Positions 40,423-52,042 are shown, counted from the stretch's first letter. The stretch is 64,000 nucleotides of DNA from Gammaproteobacteria bacterium (GCA_050739575.1 JBOIBN010000002.1:2404-66403); one strand, 5' to 3'. Numbers and translations are program-made. Notes: generated from the letters alone by a model not told the origin.

Positions 40423-41208
40423 ATGAACCGCGTGTCTCGATCGGTTTCGGTTCGAGCGCTCGAACAAGCCGAGGAGCCCGTCGCTGTCGTGCCCCGGCAT
40501 CTTGCCGTCATCATGGACGGCAATGGCCGCTGGGCGGAACGTCGCGGACTGCCGCGCCGTTCCGGACATCAGGCGGGGCAAAAGGCCGTGCGCGCGCTCG
40601 TGCGCAGCGCCGGCGAGCGTAGTATTCGTCATCTCACGCTGTTTGCATTCTCCAGCGAAAACTGGCGCCGCCCGAATACCGAAGTGGATGCGCTGATGGC
40701 GCTTTTTCTGCAGGCGTTGCGGCGCGAGGTTGCCGAACTCAACGACAACAATGTACGGCTGGACTTCATCGGTGCGCGTGAACAGCTTTCGCTGCGCCTG
40801 CAAACCGCCATGCGCGAGGCCGAGATCACGACCGCGGGCAATGACGGTCTGGAAGTGCATGTCGCCGTAAGCTACGGCGGGCGCTGGGACATCGTGGCAG
40901 CGGCAAGAAAACTGGCCGCGGAGGCCGCCGCGGGACGTCTTGCGCCGGAGGCGATAGATGAGGAAATCCTGCGCGAAAACATGGCGCTCGCAACGGTGCC
41001 CGACCCGGACCTGTTCATCCGCACCGGCGGGGAGTATCGGATCAGCAACTTCCTGCTCTGGAATCTGGCCTATACCGAGTTTTATTTCACTGAAACGCTC
41101 TGGCCCGACTTCGACGCAGCGACGCTGGATGAGGCGCTGGCCGACTATGCTCGTCGTCAGCGACGTTTTGGGCGGGTGGCGGCCGTGGGACGCAGTCGTC
41201 ATGCTTAG
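40423..41208 (+). CDS. uppS: Undecaprenyl-diphosphate synthase
   Basis: HLAVIMDGNGRWA...LTLFAFSSENWRRP. Confidence 0.9.
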   Translation: MNRVSRSVSVRALEQAEEPVAVVPRHLAVIMDGNGRWAERRGLPRRSGHQAGQKAVRALVRSAGERSIRHLTLFAFSSENWRRPNTEVDALMALFLQALRREVAELNDNNVRLDFIGAREQLSLRLQTAMREAEITTAGNDGLEVHVAVSYGGRWDIVAAARKLAAEAAAGRLAPEAIDEEILRENMALATVPDPDLFIRTGGEYRISNFLLWNLAYTEFYFTETLWPDFDAATLDEALADYARRQRRFGRVAAVGRSRHA

Positions 41209-42001
41209 GACCCGCCTGCTCGCAGCGGCCGTGCTGTTGCCGGCTGCCATTGCCTGGGCCCTGTGGGCCCCGCTCATGGTCTATGCCGGCGTTGCCGCCT
41301 TGTTCGTACTGATAGGAGCCTGGGAATGGTCTGGCCTTGCGGGTTTGCGCCTCCCGGTCGTCCGGATTATCTATCTGCTGCTTGCGTTGGTGCTGATGGC
41401 GCTCGGCTGGTTGGCCTTGAGCGATAACGTCATAGCGGGAGATCTGCTGTGGGCATTTCTTCTTTTCTGGCTGCTGGCAGCGCTGGAGCTTGCCCGTGGA
41501 CCGCTCTCGGCATCGCGCAGAGGTCTTGCCGCGCAGGGATTTCTGGTGCTGGTTCCGGCCTGGTTCGCGATGGTTGCGATTCGTCTCCGCCCCGAGGGGG
41601 CGGAATTGGTTTTGGCGCTGTTGCTTATTGTCTGGGCGGCCGATGCCGGCGCCTATTTCGCGGGAAAGGCGTGGGGCTTGCGCCGCATCGCGCCGGCGCT
41701 TTCGCCCGGCAAGACATGGGAAGGGTTCGCCGGCGGTCTTGCGGCGGCCGCTCTGGCCGGTGCCGTGACGAGTTTGTGGTGCCCCGTTTCTCCCGTTGTT
41801 TTGATCCCGCTCGCCCTGACCGTGACAGTCTTTTCTCTGATCGGCGACCTTGCGGAAAGCCGGCTCAAGCGGAGCGCCGGGGCCAAGGACAGCGGTCGGC
41901 TGATTCCCGGCCATGGCGGGCTCCTCGACCGGATAGACAGCCTGACGGCTGCGGCGCCCGTGTTCGCCCTGGGGCTCGGTCTCGTGGGAGCCGCGCGATG
42001 A
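41201..42001 (+). CDS. cdsA: Phosphatidate cytidylyltransferase
   Basis: Multi-TM CTP-transferase; position conserved between uppS and dxr. Overlaps uppS by 8 nt. Confidence 0.8.
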   Translation: MLRTRLLAAAVLLPAAIAWALWAPLMVYAGVAALFVLIGAWEWSGLAGLRLPVVRIIYLLLALVLMALGWLALSDNVIAGDLLWAFLLFWLLAALELARGPLSASRRGLAAQGFLVLVPAWFAMVAIRLRPEGAELVLALLLIVWAADAGAYFAGKAWGLRRIAPALSPGKTWEGFAGGLAAAALAGAVTSLWCPVSPVVLIPLALTVTVFSLIGDLAESRLKRSAGAKDSGRLIPGHGGLLDRIDSLTAAAPVFALGLGLVGAAR

Positions 42002-43185
42002 AGAACGTGGCAGTGCTCGGCGCAAGCGGGAGCATCGGGCGCAGCACGGCCGATGTGGTCGCGCGCAATCCTGAGCGCTACCGATTATTCGCGCTCGCGG
42101 CCAATCGCAATGTCGAGGCCCTGTTGGAACAATGCCGTAAATATCGTCCCGTCTATGCGGCGCTTGCGGATGCCGACGCAGCGCGGACGCTCGCGGCGAG
42201 ACTGCGCGAGGATGACATTCCGACCGAGGTTCTGGCCGGGACCGAAGCCCTGATCGAACTGGCCGCTCATCCGCAGACCGACCTCGTAATGGCCGGCATC
42301 GTAGGCGCGGCAGGATTGGCACCAACGCTGGCTGCGGCGCGTGCGGGTAAGCGGGTACTCCTGGCCAACAAGGAATCGTTGGTCATGACCGGACCGCTTT
42401 TTCTCGGCGAACTCGCTAAAAGCGGCGGCGAGCTGATCCCGATCGACAGCGAGCACAATGCCTTGTTTCAGTGCATGCCGGGCGGTTATCGGGCGGGTGC
42501 ACGTGCGCCCGGGGTGAACCGCTTGTGGTTGACCTGTTCGGGCGGACCGTTTCGGGAACGCCGGATCGAGGAACTTCATGCGGTTACGCCGGACGAAGCC
42601 TGTGCGCATCCGAAGTGGAAAATGGGGCGCAAGATTTCCGTAGACTCGGCCACGCTCATGAACAAGGGGCTGGAGATCATCGAAGCGAGTTATCTGTTTG
42701 GTCTCGGGCTCGAGGAGGTACGGGTCGTCGTGCACCCGCAGAGCACCGTCCACAGCCTGGTGGAATACGCGGATGGCTCCTTCATCGCCCAGCTCGGCCG
42801 TCCCGACATGCGTACGCCGATCGCCTGCGGCCTGGCCTGGCCGGAGCGCGTGAGTTCCGGCGTGGAACCGCTCGACCTCGCGACGCTCGGCAGCCTCGAT
42901 TTTGAATCGCCCGATGAGACGAATTTTCCCTGTTTGCGCCTCGCGCGCGAGGCGCTCGCCGCGGGTGGTACGGCGCCGGCCGTGCTCAACGCGGCGAACG
43001 AGGTCGCAGTGGCGGCCTTTCTCATCGGAGATTTACGTTTTACGGATATCCCGACCGTCGTCGAGGCCGTGCTGGCACAGACGGATGCGCCACCGGCCGT
43101 GGACCTCGATGCCGTGCTCGCCGTGGACGCCGAAGCCCGGGCGCAGGCAAAGCGGATTGCAACCGAAACTGCCGTGTCCGCATGA
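41998..43185 (+). CDS. dxr: 1-deoxy-D-xylulose 5-phosphate reductoisomerase
   Basis: MKNVAVLGASGSIGRSTADVV... NADPH-binding N-terminus. ATGA overlap with cdsA. Confidence 0.9.
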   Translation: MKNVAVLGASGSIGRSTADVVARNPERYRLFALAANRNVEALLEQCRKYRPVYAALADADAARTLAARLREDDIPTEVLAGTEALIELAAHPQTDLVMAGIVGAAGLAPTLAAARAGKRVLLANKESLVMTGPLFLGELAKSGGELIPIDSEHNALFQCMPGGYRAGARAPGVNRLWLTCSGGPFRERRIEELHAVTPDEACAHPKWKMGRKISVDSATLMNKGLEIIEASYLFGLGLEEVRVVVHPQSTVHSLVEYADGSFIAQLGRPDMRTPIACGLAWPERVSSGVEPLDLATLGSLDFESPDETNFPCLRLAREALAAGGTAPAVLNAANEVAVAAFLIGDLRFTDIPTVVEAVLAQTDAPPAVDLDAVLAVDAEARAQAKRIATETAVSA

Positions 43186-44543
43186 GCGCACTTATCGCCA
43201 TCGTTGCCTTTCTTGTCGCCGTAGCCGTTCTGATCACGTTTCACGAATTCGGACACTTCATCATGGCCCGCCTGCTCGGGGTCAAGGTGCTCCGATTTTC
43301 GCTAGGTTTCGGACGCCCGTTGCTGCGCTGGCAACGAGGGGAGGGCACGGAATACATGATCTCAGCGCTGCCCTTCGGCGGCTATGTGAAACTGCTCGAT
43401 GAAAGGGAAGGGCCGGTACCGGAGCCGGAGAGTGGCCACGCTTTCAATCGCCAGCCGATCTGGGCACGCGCCGTCATTCTCGTTGCCGGGCCGGCGTTCA
43501 ATCTCTTGTTTGCCGTACTCGCTTACTGGGTTGTCTTCATGGCGGGGATTCCCGGGCTCAAGCCCGTGATCGGCCCGGTCGGACCCGACACGCCGGCTGC
43601 CCGCGCGGGGCTTGTCGAGCGCGATACGATCCTCGCGGTGAACGGCAAACAGACTCCAACCTGGGAGGCAGCACAGCTTGCTTTGCTCGAGGCCGTGGTG
43701 GCCGAGCGACCGCTCGTGCTCAGGGTCGAAACGCCGACCGGCGCAGAGCGCAGCTCCACCCTGCGTTATGGTGACGTCAAGGCCTTGACCCAGCCCGGTG
43801 CCTTGCTTTCGGGATTGGGCATCAGCGCCTGGCTGCCGCCGCTCGTGCCGGTGATCGGCAAGATCGAGCCGCAGGATTCGGCGGCGCGCGCCGGGTTGCT
43901 CGCGGGCGATCACATTCTCGCCATCAACGATAAAAAGGCTGCGGACTGGGACGCGGTAGTCAAGGTGGTGCGCGCGCAACCCAATCGGCGCCTGATGTTC
44001 GAGATCGAGCGCAACGGTCGTGAACTCACGCTGCCGGTCATTGCCGGCAGCCGCAACGAGAACGGCACAACAGTGGGATATATCGGGGCCGCGCCGAAGG
44101 TGCCGGCCGATTATGGCGCCGATCTGCGCGCGGACTACCGTTTACCGCCGCTTGCGGCATTCTCCGCAGGGGTGGCGCGCACCGGGCAGCTGACTACCGT
44201 GACCTCAATCATGCTCTATCGCATGGCCGTCGGCCAAGCCTCTCTCAAAAACCTCAGCGGTCCGATCTCCATAGCGCAGTATGCGGGCGCATGGGCGCAG
44301 GCGGGCATTGTCCCGTTTCTGTTTTTCCTCGCCATCATCAGCATCAGCCTCGGAATACTCAACGCCTTGCCGATCCCTCTTCTGGACGGTGGGCAGCTGC
44401 TTTTCCTCGGTTTCGAGCTCGTGCGGGGCCGTCCGTTGTCGGCCAACGCCGAGGCCGTCGGGCAGCGCGTGGGTTTGAGTTTGCTCGCGGTGCTGGTAGG
44501 CTTTGCACTCTTCAGCGATCTCAGTCGCCTGTTTAATTCGTAG
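43182..44543 (+). CDS. rseP: Regulator of sigma-E protease (S2P zinc metalloprotease)
   Basis: HEFGHF zinc motif, two PDZ domains, and the C-terminal LDGG motif. Confidence 0.9.
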   Translation: MSALIAIVAFLVAVAVLITFHEFGHFIMARLLGVKVLRFSLGFGRPLLRWQRGEGTEYMISALPFGGYVKLLDEREGPVPEPESGHAFNRQPIWARAVILVAGPAFNLLFAVLAYWVVFMAGIPGLKPVIGPVGPDTPAARAGLVERDTILAVNGKQTPTWEAAQLALLEAVVAERPLVLRVETPTGAERSSTLRYGDVKALTQPGALLSGLGISAWLPPLVPVIGKIEPQDSAARAGLLAGDHILAINDKKAADWDAVVKVVRAQPNRRLMFEIERNGRELTLPVIAGSRNENGTTVGYIGAAPKVPADYGADLRADYRLPPLAAFSAGVARTGQLTTVTSIMLYRMAVGQASLKNLSGPISIAQYAGAWAQAGIVPFLFFLAIISISLGILNALPIPLLDGGQLLFLGFELVRGRPLSANAEAVGQRVGLSLLAVLVGFALFSDLSRLFNS

Positions 44544-44559
44544 CCCAGGAGGGTCACCC

Positions 44560-46953
44560 TTGCCCGGACGCCAACTCGTTGCCCGAGTCCTTTTTTCCCT
44601 AACCCTGTTTGCAGGCCTGTGGACGCCCGTGGGACATGCCGCAGGTAGCGGTTCTTTCATCGTGCAGAATATTCAGGTCATCGGGCTTGAACGTATCTCG
44701 AAAACTACCGTGCTCACTTACATGCCTGGCATCGACGTCGGGCAGACGGTGGGATCAGCCGATATCTCCAAGGCCATTCGCAGCCTGTATCAGACCGGGT
44801 TTTTTACCCAAGTTCAGTTCAGACGCGAACGCTCCACGCTTATTATCCTTGTTCACGAGCGCCCCACGATCGCGGAGGTCGTTCTGAGCGGCAACAAGGC
44901 GATCAAGACCGATGCATTGCAAAAGGGCCTGGAGCAGGCGGGCCTGACGAAAGGGAGTTTTTTCAACCGCTCGGCGCTCAACGGCATCGAGGGTTCGCTT
45001 ATCCAGACATATTTCGATCATGGCCGTTATGGCGTTCAGATCCATTCAACCATCAAACCGTTGCCCAACAACCGCGTTCTGATCGCGATCAAGATCAAGG
45101 AAGGTGCGGCCGCCAAAGTGCTTTCCATCAATTTCACCGGCAACAAGGCGTTTGATTCCGGCACCCTTCGCGGCCAATTCAAGCTCACCACGCCGGGCTG
45201 GTTCACTTGGCTGAGCGACAAGGACAAATACGAGGAGGAAAAGCTGAGCGGCAGCCTGGAGAATCTGCGTTCCTTCTACATGGATCGCGGGTACGCAGAT
45301 TTCCGCATTGATTCCGTACAGGTTCAGATTTCGCCGAATAAATCTGGAATCTACATCAACGTCAATCTGCATGAGGGCGACAAATACAAGGTCGGTTCGG
45401 TGAAACTGCTCGGCGAATTTCCGATCGGCGAGAAAAAACTGGAGGATTTGTTGTTTCTCAAACCGGGCGACACGTTTTCCATGAAGCTTGCCAATGCGCA
45501 GGCCGAGCTTTTGACCAATGAACTGGGGAACTATGGTTACGGCTTCGCCGAAGTCAACCCGCTGCCGCAACCGGATCAGAAGACGCACACGGTGGAGATG
45601 GTTTTCTACGTGAAGCCGGGCCAACGTGTTTATGTGCGCCACGTCGTTTTCAGTGGAGCGCCGGGCACGGATGATTCCGTATTTCGCCGCGAGATGCGTC
45701 AATCGGAAGGCAGTTGGCTCAACAATGTGAATCTCAAGCGTTCACGTATTCGCATTCAACGCCTTCCGTTCGTGGATACCGTCGATCTCAAACCGGTGAA
45801 GGTCCCGGGTTCGCCCGATCAGGTAGATCTCAACGTAAACGTCAACGAGCGCCAATCTGGAACCGCCAATGTGTCTCTCTCCTATTCCGGGTACTACGGG
45901 TTCGGTGTAGGAGCCGACGTGGCGTTATCCAACCTGTTTGGCGAAGGCAAGCAACTTCATTTCGATGTCAACAAGAACAGTGTCTTGACCAGTGCCACGG
46001 CTTCCTACACGAATCCTTACGTGACAAGCAGCGGAATCAGTCGCACGTTTTCTCTGACTTATACCAAGGGCACCAGTGTAAATTTGAATTCGTCCCAGTT
46101 CATATCCAAGAATTACGGAGCAGGCGTGACGTATGGATTCCCGCTTTCCGAATTCGATTCCTACAGTTTGGGTGCGAGCTTTCTCAGTGGAACATTGACA
46201 CCCTACTGCACTTCATCGACACAGTTCACGAATTTTGTAAGCAATCCCGCAAATGGCAGTGTAGCGTATCAACAGAGCTATTGTCCCGGACTCGATTCCA
46301 GCGTCCCCATCAATTTTCCGATACCGACTCTGACCTACAACAATTTCATCGCTATGGCAGGATACAGCCACGATACCCGCGATCGCACCGTGCTTCCGAC
46401 CAGAGGTACGCTGCAGCAATTTAATTTGAATGTGGCGCTTCCGTTGGGCGACGAAACCTTTTACACCGCCACCTGGAATCAGACGTCTTTCTTCCCGATC
46501 AGATCGGGCTTCATCTACGGCATCAACAGTCTTGTCGGCCTCGGCGATGCCTATGGGAAAACCACCGATCTGCCGCCCTACCAACGTTTCTTTGCCGGCG
46601 GCGCGGATTCCGTAGCGGGCTATGAAGATGCTACCTTGGGACCGTTGGATTCCAACGGATTGCCGTATGGCGGGGATCTCGTCACCTGGGTACAAAATGA
46701 ACTGATCCTGCCCAATTTCCTTGGCGGTCCCAGCGCCCAAAACTCTTATCGCATGGCCTTTTTTGTCGACGCAGGAAACGTTTTTAATCGTCCTGGCGAT
46801 TTCAGTTTCAAATATATTCGAGCCTCGTACGGACTTGGGTTAACCTGGCTCACGCCGATCGGTGCGTTGCATTTCAGCTATGCGATCCCGTTTCATTATT
46901 ATGTGGGCGATAATCTGGCGCGTTTCCAATTTACCCTCGGCGCTTATTTCTGA
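44560..46953 (+). CDS. bamA: Outer membrane protein assembly factor BamA (TTG start)
   Basis: POTRA repeats and a C-terminal Omp85 barrel (ends ...FTLGAYF). AGGAGGG 7 nt upstream of TTG 44560. Confidence 0.9.
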   Translation: MPGRQLVARVLFSLTLFAGLWTPVGHAAGSGSFIVQNIQVIGLERISKTTVLTYMPGIDVGQTVGSADISKAIRSLYQTGFFTQVQFRRERSTLIILVHERPTIAEVVLSGNKAIKTDALQKGLEQAGLTKGSFFNRSALNGIEGSLIQTYFDHGRYGVQIHSTIKPLPNNRVLIAIKIKEGAAAKVLSINFTGNKAFDSGTLRGQFKLTTPGWFTWLSDKDKYEEEKLSGSLENLRSFYMDRGYADFRIDSVQVQISPNKSGIYINVNLHEGDKYKVGSVKLLGEFPIGEKKLEDLLFLKPGDTFSMKLANAQAELLTNELGNYGYGFAEVNPLPQPDQKTHTVEMVFYVKPGQRVYVRHVVFSGAPGTDDSVFRREMRQSEGSWLNNVNLKRSRIRIQRLPFVDTVDLKPVKVPGSPDQVDLNVNVNERQSGTANVSLSYSGYYGFGVGADVALSNLFGEGKQLHFDVNKNSVLTSATASYTNPYVTSSGISRTFSLTYTKGTSVNLNSSQFISKNYGAGVTYGFPLSEFDSYSLGASFLSGTLTPYCTSSTQFTNFVSNPANGSVAYQQSYCPGLDSSVPINFPIPTLTYNNFIAMAGYSHDTRDRTVLPTRGTLQQFNLNVALPLGDETFYTATWNQTSFFPIRSGFIYGINSLVGLGDAYGKTTDLPPYQRFFAGGADSVAGYEDATLGPLDSNGLPYGGDLVTWVQNELILPNFLGGPSAQNSYRMAFFVDAGNVFNRPGDFSFKYIRASYGLGLTWLTPIGALHFSYAIPFHYYVGDNLARFQFTLGAYF

Positions 46954-47489
46954 TGCGCTGGAGGGGGGGCATTGTGCTCTGTGTCGGACTGATCGGCTTT
47001 GCGTCATTCGCAGATGCTGCCGATGGCGTAGCTTATGTAAATTATCCGGAACTGTTGAACAAGGCTCCTCAGAGCCAGGCTTCGCGTGAGCTTTTGAAGC
47101 GCGAGTTTGCAGCCCAACAAATAAGAATAAAGAATGAACGTGTGACGGTGAAGAAACTCAGCGTGACTCTTCAGTTGCTCGACCCGGATGCGAACCAATT
47201 TGAACGTGCGAGCGCGATTGAAAAGTTGAAATCTGCCCAAGCCACGTTAAAAAGCGATGAGCAAAGCTACGATACTGCCATGCTTTTAAGGCAGCAGCAG
47301 CTTATCGCCGACCTCAAGAACTTGATACTTAAGGAAATCAAGGCCAGCTCCCGGCTGAACCACTTTACGGTCGTGCTGGAACAAGGGGTGCTCTACGCCG
47401 CTCCCGACATGGATATCACGCAGGAGGTTCTCGCCCGGCTGAAGCAGGACTACGCCGCGACGCAGGCGGAACTTCGGAAGCGACCTTGA
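46953..47489 (+). CDS. skp: Periplasmic chaperone Skp (OmpH)
   Basis: Signal peptide plus coiled-coil protein, in the conserved bamA-skp-lpxD position. Confidence 0.8.
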   Translation: MRWRGGIVLCVGLIGFASFADAADGVAYVNYPELLNKAPQSQASRELLKREFAAQQIRIKNERVTVKKLSVTLQLLDPDANQFERASAIEKLKSAQATLKSDEQSYDTAMLLRQQQLIADLKNLILKEIKASSRLNHFTVVLEQGVLYAAPDMDITQEVLARLKQDYAATQAELRKRP

Positions 47490-48517
47490 ACGCACCCGGC
47501 GTCAGTCTGGGAGAGATCGTGGCCGCACTGGGCGGAGAGCTCAGGGGCGATCCGGAGCGACGCGTACATACAGTCGGATCGCTTGCGACAGCGGGTTCGG
47601 CGGCTCTTGGGTTTCTCGCCAATTCCCGTTATCGGAGCTTGTTGAGCACGACACGGGCCGGCTGCGTGATTCTGCGCGAGAAGGATGCGTCCGGGTGCCA
47701 AACCGCGGCCATAGTGACCGCAGATCCCTATGTGTACTATGCGCGGGCCGCCGAGTTGGTTCTGCCGCCCACGTTGGTCAAACCCGGTATTCATCCCGGC
47801 GCAAGCATTGAGCCGGATGCCGAGATTGCCGCCGACGCCTGGGTCGGGCCACGCGTGGTGGTCGGGGCCGGGGCGTGTATCGGTCCGCGCGTCTATCTGG
47901 GTCCCGGTTGTGTGGTGGGCGACGGCGTTGAAATCGGAGCGCGAACCCGTCTGAGTGCCAACGTTACGATTCTCGCACGTGCCCATATCGGTCAGGATTG
48001 CGTTTTGCATCCAGGAGTCGTAATCGGTGCCGACGGCTTTGGAATTGCCCTGGATGGCAAACAGTGGTTGAAGGTTCCCCAGCTCGGCAGCGTCGTGATC
48101 GGCGATCGGGTGGAAATTGGCGCCAACACTACAATTGATCGGGGCACGATCGAAGACACGGTAATCGCCGACGGAGTCAAACTGGACAATCTGATTCAGA
48201 TCGGTCACAACGTACGGATCGGCACCGACACCGTGATTGCAGCCTGCACCGGTATCTCGGGCACGACGACGGTTGGCGCCCGTTGCATGATCGCCGGGCA
48301 GGTCGGAATTGCCGGTCATCTAGAAATTGCCGATGGTAGTATTATCACCGGCAAGACCTTCGTCAACCACTCCATTCACTCCGCAGGCCGCTACTCGGGC
48401 GGACTTCCGATGGACGAAAGCGGGCGTTGGCGGCGTAACAGCGCGCGATTCAAATCGCTTGACGAGCTTGCCCGCCGGATTGCCCGGCTTGAGCGTGAAG
48501 ACAAGGACACTAAATGA
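47486..48517 (+). CDS. lpxD: UDP-3-O-(3-hydroxyacyl)glucosamine N-acyltransferase (TTG start)
   Basis: Extended hexapeptide LbetaH region and conserved N-terminal domain. Confidence 0.9.
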   Translation: MNAPGVSLGEIVAALGGELRGDPERRVHTVGSLATAGSAALGFLANSRYRSLLSTTRAGCVILREKDASGCQTAAIVTADPYVYYARAAELVLPPTLVKPGIHPGASIEPDAEIAADAWVGPRVVVGAGACIGPRVYLGPGCVVGDGVEIGARTRLSANVTILARAHIGQDCVLHPGVVIGADGFGIALDGKQWLKVPQLGSVVIGDRVEIGANTTIDRGTIEDTVIADGVKLDNLIQIGHNVRIGTDTVIAACTGISGTTTVGARCMIAGQVGIAGHLEIADGSIITGKTFVNHSIHSAGRYSGGLPMDESGRWRRNSARFKSLDELARRIARLEREDKDTK

Positions 48518-48969
48518 CGGATCAAACGAGCGGCTTCGACATCCACCGGATTTTGGAAATACTCCCGCATCGCTATCCGTTTCTGATGGTGGATCGTGTG
48601 CTTGAGTGCACTCCCGGCGAGCGGCTTGTCGCGATCAAGAACGTGACCATAGACGAGCCGTTCTTCGTCGGGCATTTCCCCGTGCGTCCCGTGATGCCGG
48701 GGGCGCTGGTGCTGGAAGCGATGGCTCAGACAAGCAGTTTGTTGATCTATATGACTCACGTGGTTTCGCCCCGCACAATTTACTATCTGGTTCGCGTGGA
48801 CAAGGCGAAGTTCCGGCGACCGGTAGAACCCGGGGACCAGCTGTTGCTCACCGCCTCGCCACGACGCAGCATCCGTAATATGTCCTGTTTCGATGCCCGT
48901 GCGGAAGTGGATGGACATTTGGCCGCCGAGGCGCAAATCTGGTGTGCTCCCAAGAACGCCGGTGATTAG
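48514..48969 (+). CDS. fabZ: 3-hydroxyacyl-ACP dehydratase FabZ (copy 1)
   Basis: [17 protein letters not shown]...FFVGHFP...[11 protein letters not shown]. Confidence 0.9.
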   Translation: MTDQTSGFDIHRILEILPHRYPFLMVDRVLECTPGERLVAIKNVTIDEPFFVGHFPVRPVMPGALVLEAMAQTSSLLIYMTHVVSPRTIYYLVRVDKAKFRRPVEPGDQLLLTASPRRSIRNMSCFDARAEVDGHLAAEAQIWCAPKNAGD

Positions 48970-49012
48970 GCCGCAGATTTAGCTCTCTTTATCGCGTCTT
49001 GAGATTTCCGCC

Positions 49013-49468
49013 ATGGAACATGCGTATATGAACGAAAAAGAAATTGTTGACATTCATCAGATTCTCGGGCGCCTCCCTCATCGCTACCCGTTTCTGTTGG
49101 TGGATCGTGTGATCGAGTACGTTTCCGGCGAGCGGCTGATCGCGGTCAAGAACGTGACCATAGGCGAACCATTTTTCGTCGGACATTTCCCCATTTGTCC
49201 CGTAATGCCGGGCGTACTGGTTCTGGAGGCCATGGTTCAGGCGACCAGCCTTCTTGCAGCGGAAATTTATCATGGCTCTGAAAACGAGCTGCATTATCTG
49301 GTCGGTGTCGATAAGGCAAGTTTTCGGCGTCCGGTCGAACCCGGAGATCAATTGATTCTCACCACTTCGTTGCAGCGAGTGGTCCGCAAGATTGGTCGCT
49401 TCCATGCCAGCGCCGAGGTTGGAAATAAGCTGGTCGCTTCGGCCGAGCTTTTGTGTACATCGAGGTAA
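49013..49468 (+). CDS. fabZ: 3-hydroxyacyl-ACP dehydratase FabZ (tandem copy 2, ~65% identical to copy 1)
   Basis: [17 protein letters not shown]...FFVGHFP...PGVLVLEAMVQ. Confidence 0.8.
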   Translation: MEHAYMNEKEIVDIHQILGRLPHRYPFLLVDRVIEYVSGERLIAVKNVTIGEPFFVGHFPICPVMPGVLVLEAMVQATSLLAAEIYHGSENELHYLVGVDKASFRRPVEPGDQLILTTSLQRVVRKIGRFHASAEVGNKLVASAELLCTSR

Positions 49469-50247
49469 TGCGCAACGTGATTGATCCGCGCGCCATCGTT
49501 CATCCAGGGGTCAAACTTGCAGAAGGCGTACGAGTGGGGCCTTTCGCCATCATCGGGGAAAATGTTGTAATCGGTGCGGATACCGAAATCGGCGCCCATA
49601 CCGTTATCGAGGGACCTTGCGAAATCGGTGCCGGGAATCGCATCTTCCCGTATGTGTCGCTCGGGCTCGCGCCACAGGACAAGAAATACGGTGGCGAGGC
49701 GACTTCACTCAGAATCGGAGACGGCAACACTATCCGCGAGTTTTGCACCATCAACCGCGGTACCGCGCAGGATCGCGGAGAGACCGAAATCGGTTCCGAC
49801 AACTGGATCATGGCCTACGTGCATATCGCCCACGATTGCGTCATCGGAGATCATACGATTCTCGCCAACAACGTGACCCTGGCCGGTCATGTGAAAATTG
49901 ACGATTGGGCGGTACTCGGAGGATTCGCCAAGGTGCATCAATTCTGCTGGCTGGGAGCGCACTGCTTCGCACAGATGGACGCCGGCATATCGAAAGACGT
50001 ACCGCCTTACCTGATGGCGGCCGGCATGCCTGCCCGGCCACGCGGAATCAATCGGGAAGGGCTACGCAGGCGTGGATATTCGGCTGCTACCATACGCGCG
50101 ATTACCGAGGCGTACCGTCTCATCTATCGTTCCGGCCGCCTGCTTGCCGATGCGCGCAAGGAACTCGCCGTGCGGGCCGGGCATGAACCGGCACTCGCGC
50201 GACTGGTCGAGTTTCTCGACGCCAGCGAGCGCAGCATCATTCGCTGA
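49468..50247 (+). CDS. lpxA: Acyl-ACP--UDP-GlcNAc O-acyltransferase
   Basis: Hexapeptide repeats plus the LpxA C-terminal helical domain. TAATG overlap with fabZ copy 2. Confidence 0.9.
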   Translation: MRNVIDPRAIVHPGVKLAEGVRVGPFAIIGENVVIGADTEIGAHTVIEGPCEIGAGNRIFPYVSLGLAPQDKKYGGEATSLRIGDGNTIREFCTINRGTAQDRGETEIGSDNWIMAYVHIAHDCVIGDHTILANNVTLAGHVKIDDWAVLGGFAKVHQFCWLGAHCFAQMDAGISKDVPPYLMAAGMPARPRGINREGLRRRGYSAATIRAITEAYRLIYRSGRLLADARKELAVRAGHEPALARLVEFLDASERSIIR

Positions 50248-50307
50248 TGAGGTCGCCGACTGGGGAGAACCTGCCCGCATCCGCATACTCCCCATCTCTC
50301 GATCGTC

Positions 50308-51459
50308 ATGTCGCTTAAAATCGCACTCATCGCCGGCGAAGCTTCCGGCGATCAACTCGGCGCTCATCTGATCGAGGCCTTGCGTGCCCGCTGTCCCGGT
50401 ATCGAGATAATCGGCGTTGCGGGCACAGCCATGCGTGCCGCCGGTTGCCGTCCTCTTGCCGACGTGGATGACATGTCGGTCATGGGATTTGCCGAGCTTG
50501 CCGTCCATCTGCCGCGACTGCTTGCGCTGCGTCGGCAACTCATTCGCGCGTTGCTCGCGATGCAGCCTGATCTCGTGGTCGGGATAGACGTGCCCGATTT
50601 CAATCTGGGACTGGAGCGGCGTCTGCGCAAACAGGGCCTTGCGACCGCGCATTATGTAAGTCCTTCCGTGTGGGCGTGGCGGGCAGGGCGGGTGCATGCA
50701 GTAGCGGCTGCCGCCAAATGCGTGCTCTGTCTGTTGCCGTTTGAACCTGAGTGCTACCGGGAACTGCCGATCAAGGCGGTGTTCGTCGGTCATCCGCTTG
50801 CGGATATGTTGGTTCCGCTGGCGCGTGAGGAAGCGCGGCGCCGGCTCTGTTTGGAGCACGCGGGACGCCTGCTTGCCGTGCTCCCCGGTTCGCGGACGAC
50901 CGAGGTGAAGCGTCTTGCCCCGGTTTTTGTCGCCGCCGCAGCCGAGCTTGCGCGTACGCGGGACGATCTGAAGATCGTGATCCCGCTTGCCCGGCCGACA
51001 CTTAAACCCTTGGTCGAGGCTGCGTTAAGGCCCTATCCGCGGCTCGTTTGTTCGCTGGTCGAGGGTTCCGCTCATGCGGCGATCGGTGCAGCCGACGCAG
51101 TGCTAACGGCCTCGGGCACGGCTACGCTCGAGACGATGCTGCTCGAGCGGCCGATGGTAGTCGCCTACCGCCTGCAACCGGTTTCGGCATGGCTGCTGCG
51201 GCGTTCTGGTTTGCTGCAAACCCGGCATTTCGCCTTGCCGAATCTTATTGCCGGGCGCGGCATTGTTCCTGAGTTGCTCCAGGAGGACGCGAGCGTTGCT
51301 AAAATCATCGCTGCCGTGGGTTCATTGCTTGATGATGCGGGTGCCCGTGATGCCCAGCTTGCGGCATTTGCAGCCCTGCGCGGGACGCTTGGAGGCGGTG
51401 CTGCCGCGCGTGCCGCCGATGTATTGCTCCGACAACTCGCCATCCGTGGAACGGCTTGA
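50308..51459 (+). CDS. lpxB: Lipid-A-disaccharide synthase
   Basis: [22 protein letters not shown]... Confidence 0.9.
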   Translation: MSLKIALIAGEASGDQLGAHLIEALRARCPGIEIIGVAGTAMRAAGCRPLADVDDMSVMGFAELAVHLPRLLALRRQLIRALLAMQPDLVVGIDVPDFNLGLERRLRKQGLATAHYVSPSVWAWRAGRVHAVAAAAKCVLCLLPFEPECYRELPIKAVFVGHPLADMLVPLAREEARRRLCLEHAGRLLAVLPGSRTTEVKRLAPVFVAAAAELARTRDDLKIVIPLARPTLKPLVEAALRPYPRLVCSLVEGSAHAAIGAADAVLTASGTATLETMLLERPMVVAYRLQPVSAWLLRRSGLLQTRHFALPNLIAGRGIVPELLQEDASVAKIIAAVGSLLDDAGARDAQLAAFAALRGTLGGGAAARAADVLLRQLAIRGTA

Positions 51460-51463
51460 GCGA

Positions 51464-52042
51464 ATGACTACGACGAAACTCATTGCCGGGGTGGACGAGG
51501 CGGGACGCGGACCGCTTGCAGGTCCGGTAGTAGCCGCAGCTGTCATACTGCCGTGCGATCATGGCCTGATGGTGGCTGATTCGAAGCGGCTCACAGCGAA
51601 GCAACGCGAACGGCTCGCGCCGGCGATTCGGGAGCGGGCCTTGGCGCATGCGGTGGCACTCGCCACGCGCGCCGAAATCGAGACACTGGGCATTCATCGG
51701 GCGACCCTGCTCGCGATGGCGCTCGCATTGGAAGCTCTCAGACCGGCGCCGGCGGCGGCCCTCGTAGACGGGCGTTTCGTGCCCGCCGTGGCATTGCCTT
51801 GCACGGCGGTGATCCGGGGTGATGCGAGTGTGCCTGTCATCAGCGCCGCGTCGATTCTCGCCAAGGTCGCACGCGATGCGATGATGCTCGAACTGGATTC
51901 CCGCTACCCCGTCTATGGATTTGCCCGACACAAGGGCTATCCCACCGTGATGCATCTGGCCGCACTGCGCCGACATGGACCGTGCCCCGAGCATAGGCGC
52001 AACTACGCGCCGGTAAGGGCGCTAATCGCGGCGTCGTCATGA
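51464..52042 (+). CDS. rnhB: Ribonuclease HII
   Basis: [23 protein letters not shown]. Confidence 0.9.
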   Translation: MTTTKLIAGVDEAGRGPLAGPVVAAAVILPCDHGLMVADSKRLTAKQRERLAPAIRERALAHAVALATRAEIETLGIHRATLLAMALALEALRPAPAAALVDGRFVPAVALPCTAVIRGDASVPVISAASILAKVARDAMMLELDSRYPVYGFARHKGYPTVMHLAALRRHGPCPEHRRNYAPVRALIAASS

